NCBI GenBank assembly: GCA_038087875.1
Contig: CM075980.1
Location: 9,238,001-9,302,000 of the forward strand
Direction of reading: 5' to 3'
Length of the DNA: 64,000 nt
Origin: Malacoraja senta
Lineage: Eukaryota
The notes under the pieces are model-generated. The model was given only the letters and a program-made list of their open reading frames with translations. It was not told the origin of the DNA and ran no database searches. Numbering within the stretch: position 1 is the first letter of the stretch; every line of letters starts with the position of its first letter. The position numbers were made by a program, and so were the translations under genes. Below, in pieces: positions 33,876 through 45,720 of the stretch.

Positions 33876-34255
33876 CAAGTCAAGTCAAGTTTATTTGTCA
33901 CATACACATACAAGATGTGAAGTGAAATGAACGTGGCAATGCCTGCGGATTGTGCAAAAAATTACAGAACAGAATAGAACAGAATCAGTATTTACATATT
34001 AAAAAATAAAACAGCAATTTTAAAAAGACACAACGCAACAGTAAATTGGTACAGTAAATTAGTCCCTGGTGAGATAAGAGTTTACGGTCCTAATGGCCTG
34101 TGGGAAGAAACTCCGTCTCATCCTCTCTGTTTTCACAGCATGACAGCGGAGGAGTTTGTCTGACCGTAGCAGCTGGAACAGTCCGTTGCTGGGGTGGTAG
34201 GGGCCCCCCATAATGTTGCTGGCTCTGGATCTGCACCTTCTGATGTATAGTTTCA
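33876..34255 (-). mobile_element. Rex1/Babar-like LINE 3' end inserted only in copy A
   Basis: Begins with a (CAAGT)3 tail. Copy B reads gaggagaatgaaataattgg uninterrupted at ~49984-50002. Confidence 0.75.
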
Positions 34256-35559
34256 AATGAAATAATTGGCCAAAATGTTCGTGCATACTGAATGTGAATA
34301 ATGAAAATGTTTCCTTATATATCTCCGCGAGAGCCTTTAATTTTTTTTTTGGACAAACATGAAGACAGTTGCAAACAGGATTTTGTACATTTGAGTGGGT
34401 TTGCTTTATCTATGACTTGCCCAAAATCGAAGCTCTGGACAATGCAGAGTGGTTGCTTTGAATGTATGGTTGCTATTCTCCATTACACCGTTTATTGTAT
34501 TTGAAGGGCCTGTCCGGCTATTTTAGAATAATTGTGGGTCTGGGGTTACATACATTTTAGACTTTTCCTTCTTAAAGTAACTGAAATTACTTTTATTTAC
34601 AATCCAATGGCGTCATGCTCGCGTTACCAATTACAGCTTTTAATTTCAGATAGACTTTAACTGAAATCAGCGCCAATTCACAGAATTATATTGAATTCAA
34701 TTATCTCCAATTGAGCTGAATATCAAAAAGACTACAGATAAGACGCGTGATTCATTAATTCAAAGAATATTAATGTTTGTTTTGCGTGTCTTATTCTGTC
34801 ACGAATGGACAATAATGGTGTTCCACATTGGACTGGCCAGAATAACACAAAATATACATGAATATCATTCTCCACTTCCATTAGTGACATTACTTCAGAC
34901 CTCCATGAGCTGCATTGGCCATCTACATCCTCCATTCAGATGTCCGCACCCACCAAGCTTATTTCTTCAGATCTGGACGGGCAGCTGACTCCAGCTTTCT
35001 GCAAGGAGACCCTGAACGCGGGCCCGGGCTGGGGTGAGTAGGTCTGAGAGAGCCGCGCCAACGGACTTGCCCTTGAGGCAGACAGGATACATCCATCCCC
35101 AGGTTTCCATGCCCAGCATTTTGTGTTTTTTGTTGTAAATCAGCACCTGAAATTCTCTGTACACCCAGCTTTTCAATCTTTCAAATTTGCCAAGGTGTTG
35201 AGTGGTTCTGAATGTCAATGAAAGTCATAAAGATGAAAAAAACGACGGCATGACATAAATAACTGAACACTATTCTCTTAAAAGAAACAAACCGAAAATC
35301 CATTCACAACTCATTTTACACCGAGAACTCTTGCTTACAGAAACATCGCAGGCACGTGGACTGAGACAGAAAATACACATGAGCAAATTATACATGAAAT
35401 TATACATACAAATCTGAAAGAAAGAAACAAGATTGCGTCTGAAACATAATAATAATAAAACATGTCGATGGTGTGCAAGGAATGGGGCATGGTGTCCCGT
35501 TGTTGAGGAAAGATTAGGGTTATGTAGGTCCTTCCAAAAACTGGATAGTTGTAAGCAAG

Positions 35560-36190
35560 TAACTGTTCTAGAACCGGGTGGTGTACTTTCTGTAGTAGAT
35601 CTGTAAAAGTTTGTTGGAGTATTTGGAGACATAAAGTATGTCTTTAAAATTATTTGAAAGTAGTGGCATTGACGCTCCTTCGTGGATGCATTTGATTGCT
35701 GGGCCGAGACAAGTCATCCACGATGTTAATGCCGTGAATTTAAAGCTGATAACACTCTCCACCACTGCTCCACCAAAAACAAACTGGCCTGAGGTCCCCG
35801 GACTTCCTCTTTCTGAAGTCAGCGACCATTTCGGTCTTGTTGCTTTGGAGCGAAAGGTTGTTGTTCTGACACCACTCAACCAAGTGTTCATCTCTCTTTA
35901 TGTTGACGCAGCACCATCAGTGATTCATCCAAACAGAATGGTGTTGGGGGTGAATTAATAGATGACTTTGGAGCTGTGGGTGTAAAGGAAGTAGCCATGG
36001 GTGTAAATGAAGTAGAACAGGGTGCAAAGCACGCAGCCTTGAGATGCACTGTGTTGATGGTCAGTGGGGAGGAGATGATGTTCCCCATCCGCACTCGGTC
36101 ACTTGAAGCTAATTCACCAAACAGTAAAATGGAGACTAATCTGATTGTAACCTCTGATGTGCGGTCCCATCCACCTCTGTAACATATCAC
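35560..36190 (-). mobile_element. Rex1/Babar-like LINE fragment (copy B paralogue ~51130-51790)
   Basis: Frameshifted ORF2 C-terminal pieces (VEWCQNNNLSL, GGAVVESVISFKF). Confidence 0.7.
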
Positions 36191-36999
36191 TACCCACCTT
36201 GTTTATTAGGAATATTTCTTCCTTTGAAAAATAATAAAGACTGCTTCTACCACATTTTCAGAAACCTCTCACGCTTCTAACCGTCGAGCATTTCCTCATA
36301 AGACAACTCACTCGTTGCAGATATGGGTCTACTAGTAATCATTTTCTGAATTGCTTCAAAGGCATTTACATTTCAATACTCTGCTCGATTCTGCGATAAA
36401 GTATAACTGAAGCACTATCAACCTCTCTCTTTTGCATTCGTTTTTTCTGGCGTAAGATGCTAACACAGTTACTTTTCACAGGTAGTTGTTGTACCTCATT
36501 CCAGCCTGTTGCGAATCCTACCAGGAACCGAAATAATTCTGCATCTCAAAACACTGCAAAAAGTCATAATGTAAATAAGAAGGGCCTCGACCCGAAACGT
36601 CACCTATTCCTTCTCTCCAGAGATGCTGCCTGTCCTGCTGAGTTACTCCAGTCTTTTGTGTCTATATTGTAAAGAACATTATTTTATATCATTTACCCTT
36701 CCAAAATTGACATTTCACATTTTCCCACATCGTGTATTTACCAGGCATTTGCCCATTCATTGGAACTATCCACATGCACGGTGGCCTTGTTTGGTTCTTC
36801 GTGTCATTAGCAAATTCAACAGCCAGACATTTTCAGCTTTTTTTCAGCCGTGTGTATACATTTTTGGAAATTGGAGCTCCAGCACTGATCTATGAGGCAC
36901 ATAAGTTTTTGCATCTTTCCAACCAGAAATTAGCCTGTTTATGCGTTTTCTATATTTCCAACTGATCGCCCAATGTTCTGTTCTTCCGATGACCATAAA

Positions 37000-38100
37000 C
37001 ACCAGGACTCTTAGAAAATAGGAGCAGGAGTAGGCCATTCGGTCCTTCGAGCAGCACCTCCATTCAATTTGATCATGGCTGATCATTCAAAATTAGTACC
37101 CCGTACCTGCTTTCTCCCACATCCCTTGATTCCGTCAGCCCTAAAAGCTATATCTAACTCTCTCTTGAACATATCCAGTGAATTGGCCTCCACTGCCTTC
37201 AGTGGCAGAGAATACAACAGATTCACAACTCTCTGGGTAAAAATGTGTTTCCGCATCTCAGTCCTAAATGCCCTACCCCTTATTTTTAAACCGCGACCCC
37301 TGGTTCTTGACTCCCCTAACACCGGGCATATGTTACCTGCATCTAACGCATCCAATCCCTTAAGAATGTTATATCTTTCTATAAGAACCCCTCTCAGCCT
37401 TCCGAATTCCAGTGCATATAAGCCCAGTCAATCATTTGTTTGTTCCACCATACCGGGAATTAATCTGGTGAACCTACGTTGCACTCCCTCAATACCAAGA
37501 ATGTCCTTCTTCAAATTAGGCAACTAAAACGGCACACATTTCTCCAGGTGTGGTCTCACCAGGGCCCTGCAGTAGGTCCTCCTTTCTCCAATACTCAAAT
37601 CCTCTCGCTATGAAGGCCAACATGCCATTTGCTTTCTTCACTGCCTGCTGTACCTGCATGCTTTCTTTCAGTGACTGATGTTCAAGTGCACCCAGGTCTC
37701 GTTGCACCTCCCCTTTCCCTAACCTGACACCATTGAGATAATAATCTGACCTTGTTTTTGCCACCAATGTGGATAACCTCATATTTATCCACACAGTACT
37801 GCATATGCCATGCATCTGCCCACTCACCCATCTTGTCCATCACCCTGCAGCCTCATAGCATCCTCCTCGCAGCTCACACTGCCACCCAGCTTTGTGTGAT
37901 CCGCAAACTTGGAGATGTTACATTTAATTCCTTCATCATCGTCAATATATATTGTAAATAACCGAGGTCCCATCACTGAGTCTTGTGGCACTCCACTTGT
38001 CACTGCCTGCCATTCTGAAAAGAACCCGTTAATTCCTACTCTTTGCTTCCTGTCTGCCATACAGTTCTCCATCCGTCAATACCCTACACCCAATATTACC
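37000..38100 (-). mobile_element. CR1-family LINE fragment (copy B paralogue ~52770-53690)
   Basis: LGKGEVQRDLGALEHQSLKESMQVQQAVKKANGMLAFIARG… and RTRGRGLKIRGRAFRTEMRKHIFTQRVV. Confidence 0.85.
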
Positions 38101-39563
38101 GTATTATTTACCATATCAACCTTTGCTTCATCTCCTTAACAAATGCCTGCTCGAAATTATATCTGCCCGACATGGTACTTCTTCAAAGCCTTCCGTTAAA
38201 TTGGTGAAACATCGTTCATGAATTCATAGATTGTAGGAGGAGAATTATGCTATTCGGCCCATCAATTCTACTCCGCCATTCTATCACGCTTGATTTATCT
38301 TTTCTTCTCAACCCCATTCTCCTGACTTCTTCTCATAACCCTTAACATAGTTACTAATCAACAACCACTTAATCTCCACCTTAAAAATATCAATTGACTT
38401 GGCTTCCACAGCCGTCTGTGGCAATGAATTCCACAGATTCACCACCCTCTGACTAAAGGAATTCCTCCTCATCTCCTTTTTAAATGGACGTGCTTTTATT
38501 CTGAGGCTTTCACCTCTGGTCCTAGACTCCCCCGCTCGTCGAAACATCCACTCCACATCCGCTATATAGGCCTTCACAATTCGGTTAATTTCAATGAGGT
38601 CTCCTCCCTCTCATCCTCATAAACTATATAGCGAGCACGGATCCAGTGCCGTTAAACGCTCATCACACGTTAACCCAATTATCCCTGGGATCACCCTCGT
38701 AAACCTCCTCTGGACCCTCTCCAATACCAGCTCATCCTTCCTCAGATTGGAGCCCAAAACTGCTCACAACACTCCACATGAGGTCTGACCAGTGCCTTAT
38801 AAAGGCTCAGCATTACATCCCTGTTTTTGTATTTTGTTTTTGTGTTCTGGCACTCTCGAAAGAAATGCTTTCCTTGCTACCGACTTGTAAATTAACTTTT
38901 GGGAAATCCTGCACCAGCACTCCTGAGCCCCTTTGCTATCTCTTTATCAACAACATTTTAACTTTTGCGAGATAATCTGGATCATTTTGTCAGTACCCTT
39001 TATATCGTTTTGGTAACAGCTTCCAATATTTCTCCTGGACAGATGTGCAACCAACTGGCCTGCGGTGGACGACTTTCTGTCTCTCTTCCTTTCTGAACGT
39101 CCATGGTAGTTTTGAAATAAAAAAATTCAAACCAATGAATTCAGTACTGCAAGGGAATTAATTAAGACTCTAGAATGAAATACAATACATCTCAACGCCC
39201 TGTCAGCCCGATGAAAAATTACCATTTAAATAATCTGCCATCTCCATATTCCCCTTTAATTATACGACTGCGATTTATTTGTAGGAAAAGGACAAATGTA
39301 TTATTTTATACTTATTTGGGAGCTTAAGGGGATTAGTGCAAAGTCTGTACAGTCCCATCATTCAACACAGCTGACCCCATTTACTCAGTAAATAAGAGCC
39401 TGCTCTCACACAACAGTTCCCGTCTGAGTCTCAGAGCGTCTCTCCCCGTCCCCCCGCCGCCGTTGAGTTATCCGTTGTCTGCTATTCTCCTCCCACTTAA
39501 AACAATATGAATATTTCTTTCTCTCAAAGGGCTGGAGCAGCAGAAATCTCATTTTACACCGAG

Positions 39564-39653
39564 CCAATAATTCAGTGAATCGATGTCACGTGGATAAAGA
39601 TTTGGCATGAATAATTAATAATTAGTGACGTTGGGATGCTGAAGACTTTAAAA
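39564..39653 (+). promoter_or_regulatory. IgL cluster 1 promoter: CCAAT, E-box GTCACGTG, CRE-like AGTGACGT, TATA-like TTTAAAA
   Basis: CCAAT 39564-39568, GTCACGTG 39585-39592, AGTGACGT 39624-39631, TTTAAAA 39647-39653. All four motifs are retained in cluster 2 (54741-54830). Confidence 0.55.
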
Positions 39654-39717
39654 GAGAAGCGTCGAAAGGGCTCAAAACCTCGCTTGTGTAGCAAAATATT
39701 CCTTTATCACCTTCGAC

Positions 39718-39763
39718 ATGGCTGCATGGGTTTGGGTTCTCGCCTTGGTGACCTGTTTCCACT
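39718..39763 (+). CDS. IGL: IgL cluster 1 leader exon
   Basis: gacATGGCTGCATGG…CCACT|GTGAGT, 46 nt, phase 1. Confidence 0.93.
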
Positions 39764-42414
39764 GTGAGTAGAGCGCAGAATGATTAATACTCTATCGTTT
39801 TACAATCTGCTGTGTTTTTTCTAATGGTTCTGTATATTTATCTGTTTTTTCTATCAGGTATAAACGCGGAGACTACCTTGACTCAGGTCCCGGCTATATC
39901 AACCTCGCCGGGAAAAACCGTCAAAATCACCTGTACCCTGTCGGGGATCAGCATCGGTAGGTACGTTAAGAGCTGGTACCGGCAGAAGCCGGACAGCAGC
40001 CCTGTCTTCGTGTGGTATGGTAGCTCCACCAGAGGCACCGGAATTCCAGACAGATTCACGGGTTCCGTGGACTCATCCATTAACCAAATGCATTTAACCA
40101 TCACCAACCTGCAATCGGAGGACGCTGCCGATTATTACTGTGGTGCGTGGGACAGCAGTAACCACAAATTCACCTTTGGGACGGGAACCAAACTGAATCT
40201 AAGCAGTAAGTAAAATATTCACGTTTTGATACAACGAATCGTTGAACTTAGGTTTTACTTTCCTTCATAAATCCTCGGTAGAAAGGTCATATTAAACCTA
40301 AGTAGAACACAACGGGTCAGATAGCATCTCCGGTAGACGTCTGGATGGGCAATATTTCGTGTCGGAACAAAGTCTCTTTGGGAGACTGTACCGAAAGGAA
40401 AATCGTCGTTGTATGTCCTCCAGAGATGCTGTGGGATCCGCTGGATTACTTCAGCACTTTGTGTTTTACTCAAGATGGCAACTTGTTTCTCCTACGTGAA
40501 CTTGGTGTTTAAGATCCTTTATCTCCATCCCTACAACACTCCGAGAAATTTGCGCTCACCTAACCGTGGCTTCTTGATCATCGTGGAATTTAACGCCTTC
40601 ACATACTGACAGCTGTGCTTCAAAGTTGTTAAATTCTGGAATGATATCCTGAAGCTCTATTTTCCCCTTTCTTCCCCGATGTTCATGAAACCTGTTCCTT
40701 TAACAGAAATACCGATTCTCTGATTTGAAGTATCCTCAAATGGCGGGTTTCGTCCGAGACTGCTGCTATTGATCACTTTGCTATGCCGTCAGACACTTTG
40801 TACCCACCTTGTAGAACCTGCAAGGAATTTTGATGCTGGTTCTCCGATTGTCATCGAGTGTATGATATAGCAGAAAACACAGACTGTTGATTATGCTGTT
40901 AAACATGATCGCTGTGATTGTTGATTTTATTTACGGGCAGGCAGTTGGTAGACCGACATGTTAAAAAGCTTAAAAGAGCGAGACATCATTTTGCCATTTT
41001 CGGATAAATTAGTGCAGAAATGGGCACACAAGTATACGAGGTTATTGCTGAATTGCCTAGAACCGAAAGATTGGAAGGATATATTACAGCGTCTTTAAAT
41101 TCAGCATTAGCTTGATATGGTTTTTTAAGTCCGAATATGTTGGATGTTAAACCCAAAGCTGTCTCGATATGTGTCAGAAGAAATTTGAATCTGACAAAAC
41201 ATTTCTTTAGTTTTACCTTTCATATTGCTGACCGCCACAATCCTTGAATCAATGGACTTTCTGGACGATGTGGAAGATTCACTAATAAGTAACATTCTAA
41301 AGACTATTCCGGGAAAGAATTGGGATTACTGTTTAAACAAGCATTAATTTGGAAATGCTGCTCATTCTGCCAGGATGAGTTGTGATTCCATTTTTCCTTC
41401 CCGTTTCCATGATCTGAAGAAAATCGTAGGCCACATGTTTTACCAAACCTCGGATATTCGCACAGTGAAAATTAACATATCATGTTTCTGCTGTATAAAA
41501 TGAGGTTTATAAATGAACGGTAATTGTAAAGCCAGTATAGTACACGGCCATAGAGCCACAGTCATAGAGTTATGCAGCGGTGGAACAGTCCTGAAGTCCA
41601 CCTATTTCATGCCGACCGAGGTGCCCTACTTGAGGGTCCCATTTGCGCGTGCCAGGCCCATATCTCTTTGAACCTTTCTTATCCAAGTATTAATTCAAAT
41701 GTTTTTTTAAATTGTGTTATTGTACCTGCCTCATCAACTTCGCCGGGGAGCTCTTTCCATGGAGTCAACGCATTATGTGTACAAATGTTGCACTGAACCT
41801 AAACCCTCTAATTCTTCATTCTCCTACTATGGGGAAAACCATAAGTATTCCGTGCGCTAACCTTATGTATTCCCCTCGCGATTTTGTATACCGCCATGCG
41901 ATCACCCTAAGGACTTCTACATACCAAGGACTAACGTCCTCGCATGTCCAATCTATGCCTATAGTTCAGGCGTTCGAAACCTGGCACCGTCGTCGTAAAT
42001 CTTGCCTGGAGTCGTTCCAACTGAATCGATTCTGACTTTTAACGTCAACTGATAAATAATTCACTTGAATTTATTTCAATTCTATTTTCAGGTCCGCGGC
42101 CCCCCACCGTTTCCATTCTGGCGCCTTCAATGGGTGAAGTCACCGCAAAAAGTACTGCCACCCTGGTGTGTTTGGTGAGCGGGTTCAATCCGGGCGCTGT
42201 TGACATTGAATGGACCGTGGACGGCAGTGCGAGAAGTGATGGCGCTGCGACCAGCCGGGTCCAGCAGGAGAAGGACAACTCGTTCAGTGCGAGCAGTTAC
42301 CTGACTCTGCCAGCCTCCGACTGGACCTCACACGACCTTTACTCCTGTGTGGTTAAACACGAAACCCAGGCAAACCCGATTAAGGCCAATATCGCCAGAT
42401 CCAGTTGCCTCTAA
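39718..42414 (+). CDS. IGL: Immunoglobulin lambda (type II/NS3-like) light chain, germline-joined cluster 1 (L-VJ-C)
   Basis: Leader 39718-39763 (MAAWVWVLALVTCFH), VJ exon 39858-40205 (…YYCGAWDSSNHKFTFGTGTKLNLS), C exon 42092-42414 (PRPPTVSILAPS…ATLVCLVSGFNPG…YSCVVKHET…ARSSCL*). Canonical splice sites, open frame, no RSS between V and J. Confidence 0.95.
39858..40205 (+). CDS. IGL: IgL cluster 1 pre-joined VJ exon
   Basis: ctatcag|GTATAAAC…CTAAGCA|GTAAGT; carries the FGxGT J motif in frame. Confidence 0.96.
42092..42414 (+). CDS. IGL: IgL cluster 1 constant exon
   Basis: ttttcag|GTCCGCGG…; C1-set domain with penultimate Cys. AATAAA at 42594-42599. Confidence 0.96.
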
Positions 42415-44232
42415 TTCAAAGGATGAAATTCCCGATTTGCTACATTTCTTTGTAAATTAATCCAATATTCAGATATCGAATGTTCGCTTTAACAGGGTAT
42501 TTGTTCAAACGCAGCACGTGTGCATTTTGTTGCCTTGAATGCGCTGTCCGTATTTTACGATGAACTGAAAAACAATAATGTAACATTTAATGCAATAAAC
42601 CCGATTATTCTATTTACGATGCATCGTTGTCATTTTCTGTGCAAATGTCCTTGCCTTCAATAGAATAAAAAAAATAATGCCCGATGATGCCAGTGTATAT
42701 AAACTGGCATTTAGTGAAACGTCGTTATATTTCAAATAAACTGCGTTTTCATGATTTATGATGATCCATGTGTTAGGACAGCTGAAGGGACTGCTTGCAA
42801 GTACCCCCCGATTGAAGAAATTAGGTGCAAATCCGTGTCTCCTATTTTGGATATCCCAGAAATACGGAAGGGCAGTCTTGGCATTACGCTAATATGCTTA
42901 AATGACCCAAATGTCTCTAATCGATCCGCACAAAATATCACAATATATCAGTTTATTCCATGAAAACGCGATGAAAAGTGTGGTTTGACGAATTCGTAAA
43001 CCGCGGCATTACCGTGGTCTTAAGTCAGCTCAACATTAATCATCAGAAGTGGTCATATATTTAAACAGTATAACGAGAGGAATAAAGATCAGGCTCGGCG
43101 AGGTGAGCGCTAGACTCATCTTGAAGGGGGGCTTCGCGCCAACAATTAACCGAAGTAAAAGTAGTTACTTGGCGATTCCCAGAAATAGGATAAACAGCTT
43201 TCGGGACATGGCAACTGCTTGGATGTTCTTCTCTGGGAATTACATCCCTTCCTCCACGGTTATCATTCACTCCATTTCCCCCTTATTTTATGGCTGATTT
43301 CACATCTTGTTCCCTTTTCACCCCCAGCCTTTGCCAATTAACCCCACCGCCATCTGCTAATCAATCCCCTCTCACATGTATCCACCTATCACTTGGCAGG
43401 CTGTATCACACCTCATATCTATTTTCAGCTTTCTCCCCTCTGTTCCAATTAGTCTGCAGAAGGTTCTCAACCTGAAATGATGGCTCGCCATTCTAATCAG
43501 ATGTTGCCTGACCCGGCGAGTCATGTAGAGTCCAATGGCGAAGTCTTGTTTTGCTGGATTTGTCCGGTATTATGATTACCTCTCTGATCGAATTTACCTC
43601 TTCAAACCACTTCTTGTCAGAAAAAACATAATCTCGGAGGCCCCATTAATTAAATAGAGAGCCGAGATTAGAAAGTGAGAGTAGAAAGAAAAGTAACGTT
43701 TTATCCTTAAATATATACTATTTTCATTTTCTTGAATCAGCTTTTTCAACGATATAATTAATTTACAAAATGTGATTTTTTTAAAGAGACAAATCTCGTA
43801 TTTCATAGTTTTACAGCCCCTTGTAAAATTGAAGTAATTAGGTGGGGAAAGCCTCAAAGTTAGTGACAGAAGGAGAAGCTCCGTCCTCAGCATTCCCCTC
43901 TCTTGTTCCAGGGCCAGGGCTAGATTGCTTGTTCCAGGGCCAGCGCATGAAGCCGACAACTCCTGGGGCCTTGTGGCTACCTTCTGCATCCGAAGCAGGT
44001 AAATGTGGACGGGCGGTGGACCACATCTTGAAAAATTCGCATGATATTCGATTACAATTCGATACACAACATTCTCAGAATTCCACTTGTGAAGCTCTCT
44101 ACGTATATTTATCAGTTAATGCAATTGTCGTTACAAATCCATAAATGACCGATATTTCCACCATGTCCACGGTACATTATGATTCGTTCTTCACTAAAGG
44201 CTGGAGCTACGAACGTTTTCAAACAAGGGAGC

Positions 44233-44527
44233 GGGGCACATTGGCCCAGCGGTGGAGCTGCTGCCTCATAGCGCCAGGGACCTGGGTTCAATCCCGACTA
44301 CGGGTGCTGTCTGTATGAAATGTGTACATTCTCCCCGAAGCCGCGTGGGATTTCTCTGGGTGCTCCGGTTTCCTCCCACGTTCCAAAGACGTCCAGATAT
44401 TTTTAGATTTTTTACCTTCTGTAAATTGTCCCTATTGGATAGATATACTGTATGGGCTGATTGCTGGTCGGTGTTGACTCGATTAGCCGAAGGGCCAATT
44501 TCCACGCTGTACTGAAGTAAACTAAAC
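44233..44527 (+). mobile_element. tRNA-derived SINE (HE1/V-SINE-like); paralogue ~60073-60367
   Basis: A-box-like tggcccagcgg and B-box-like ggttcaatccc, ending with an (ctaaa)n tail. Confidence 0.75.
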
Positions 44528-44712
44528 ACTTCCGTCCACGAACTTACTGGATTGGAATGCTCGTCCGTTTCTTCACTTCCTAGTTCAGTTGCAAAAATAA
44601 GACAAAGTGTCTTATTTGCCCCGGCAACAGCGCCCCCGCCCACTCCCCATCAACCCCTGAACCTCCCAGGGATCTATTCTTGGTCCCTCCAATTCACATC
44701 ACACTAATTCAT

Positions 44713-44964
44713 GGGCGGGCGGTGGCGCAGCGGTAGAGTTGCTGCGTTACAGCGCTTACAGCGCCAGAGACACTGGTTCGAACCCGGCTACAGGAGCTTC
44801 TCTGTACGGAATATGTACGTTCTCACCGTGACCTGCGTGGGGTTTCTCCGAGAACTTCGGTTTCCTCCCACACTCCAAAGGATAGTGTTAATGTGCGGGG
44901 GTCGATCATCGAAGCGGACTCGGTGGGCCGACGGGCCTGATTCCGCTATATATCTAAACTAAAC
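44713..44964 (+). mobile_element. Second tRNA-derived SINE; paralogue ~60553-60803
   Basis: ggtggcgcagcggtagag…ggttcgaaccc…ctaaactaaac. Confidence 0.75.
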
Positions 44965-45204
44965 GAATGCCTTTGAAACAGGCTGTCGCTTTACAGTCCA
45001 ACCTCATCATACCCTTCTCCCAACCCATTCAATGCCAGAGCTTGTACTAGACTTTGCTGAACATAACAAAGTCTCTGACAGATCAGAGCAGTAATTCCAC
45101 AAACATTTGCATGAAAACAGAAAACCCTTTTATTTACTCCCCATCTGAACCGTAATTCCACGATTAAACACGGATATCGCCAAAACGACGCAGGTCGGTG
45201 GACT

Positions 45205-45720
45205 CATCGATCGTGTTCCACTCGCGGAGACATGAGTTCCCTGGGCCTCATCTTTCACCCCACCAGCCTCTGCATCCAACACATAACTCTCAGACATTTT
45301 CGTCACCTCCCAACGTGATCCCACCACTAAGCACCTCTTCCAATCTCCAACCTTTTCCGCATTTCACAGAGACCATTCCCTCCGCAACTCCTTGGTTCAT
45401 TCATCGCTTTCCACTGAAGCATCTGTCCTTATTCCTCCACCCTCAGCTCCACCCAGCGACCTCGGCAGTGAGATTCACATGCACCTCCTCTAACCTTATC
45501 TCCTCGATCTGGTGTTCCGGATGTGGGCTACTGAACATCGGCTAGACCAAGCGTAGACTCGGCGACCGTTTAACTGAACTTGCTGAACTAGATCTCCCGG
45601 TGGCTAGCGCCTTTAACACCCCCCCCCCTTCCCATTACACTGACCTTTCCGGCCTGGGCCTCCTCCATTGTCAGAGCGATTGTACACGCACATTGGAGGA
45701 ATAGCAACACATTTCGCTCG
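45205..45720 (+). mobile_element. Penelope-like fragment at the A/B junction; paralogue ~61045-61560
   Basis: Homologous to 19300-19930 (…ccaacgtgatcccaccactaagcac…, ctccattgtcagag…ggaggaatagca). Confidence 0.75.

Noticed and set aside
39812-39857. ORF-track N-terminus MFFLMVLYIYLFFLS (also 54987-55032) as the IgL signal peptide
   Set aside because: This is the polypyrimidine end of the leader intron. The true leader exon is 39718-39763 / 54894-54939.
43594-44144. Overlapping ORFs 3' of C (also 59646-59983)
   Set aside because: No homology recognised, and the frames are broken differently between the two paralogous copies.
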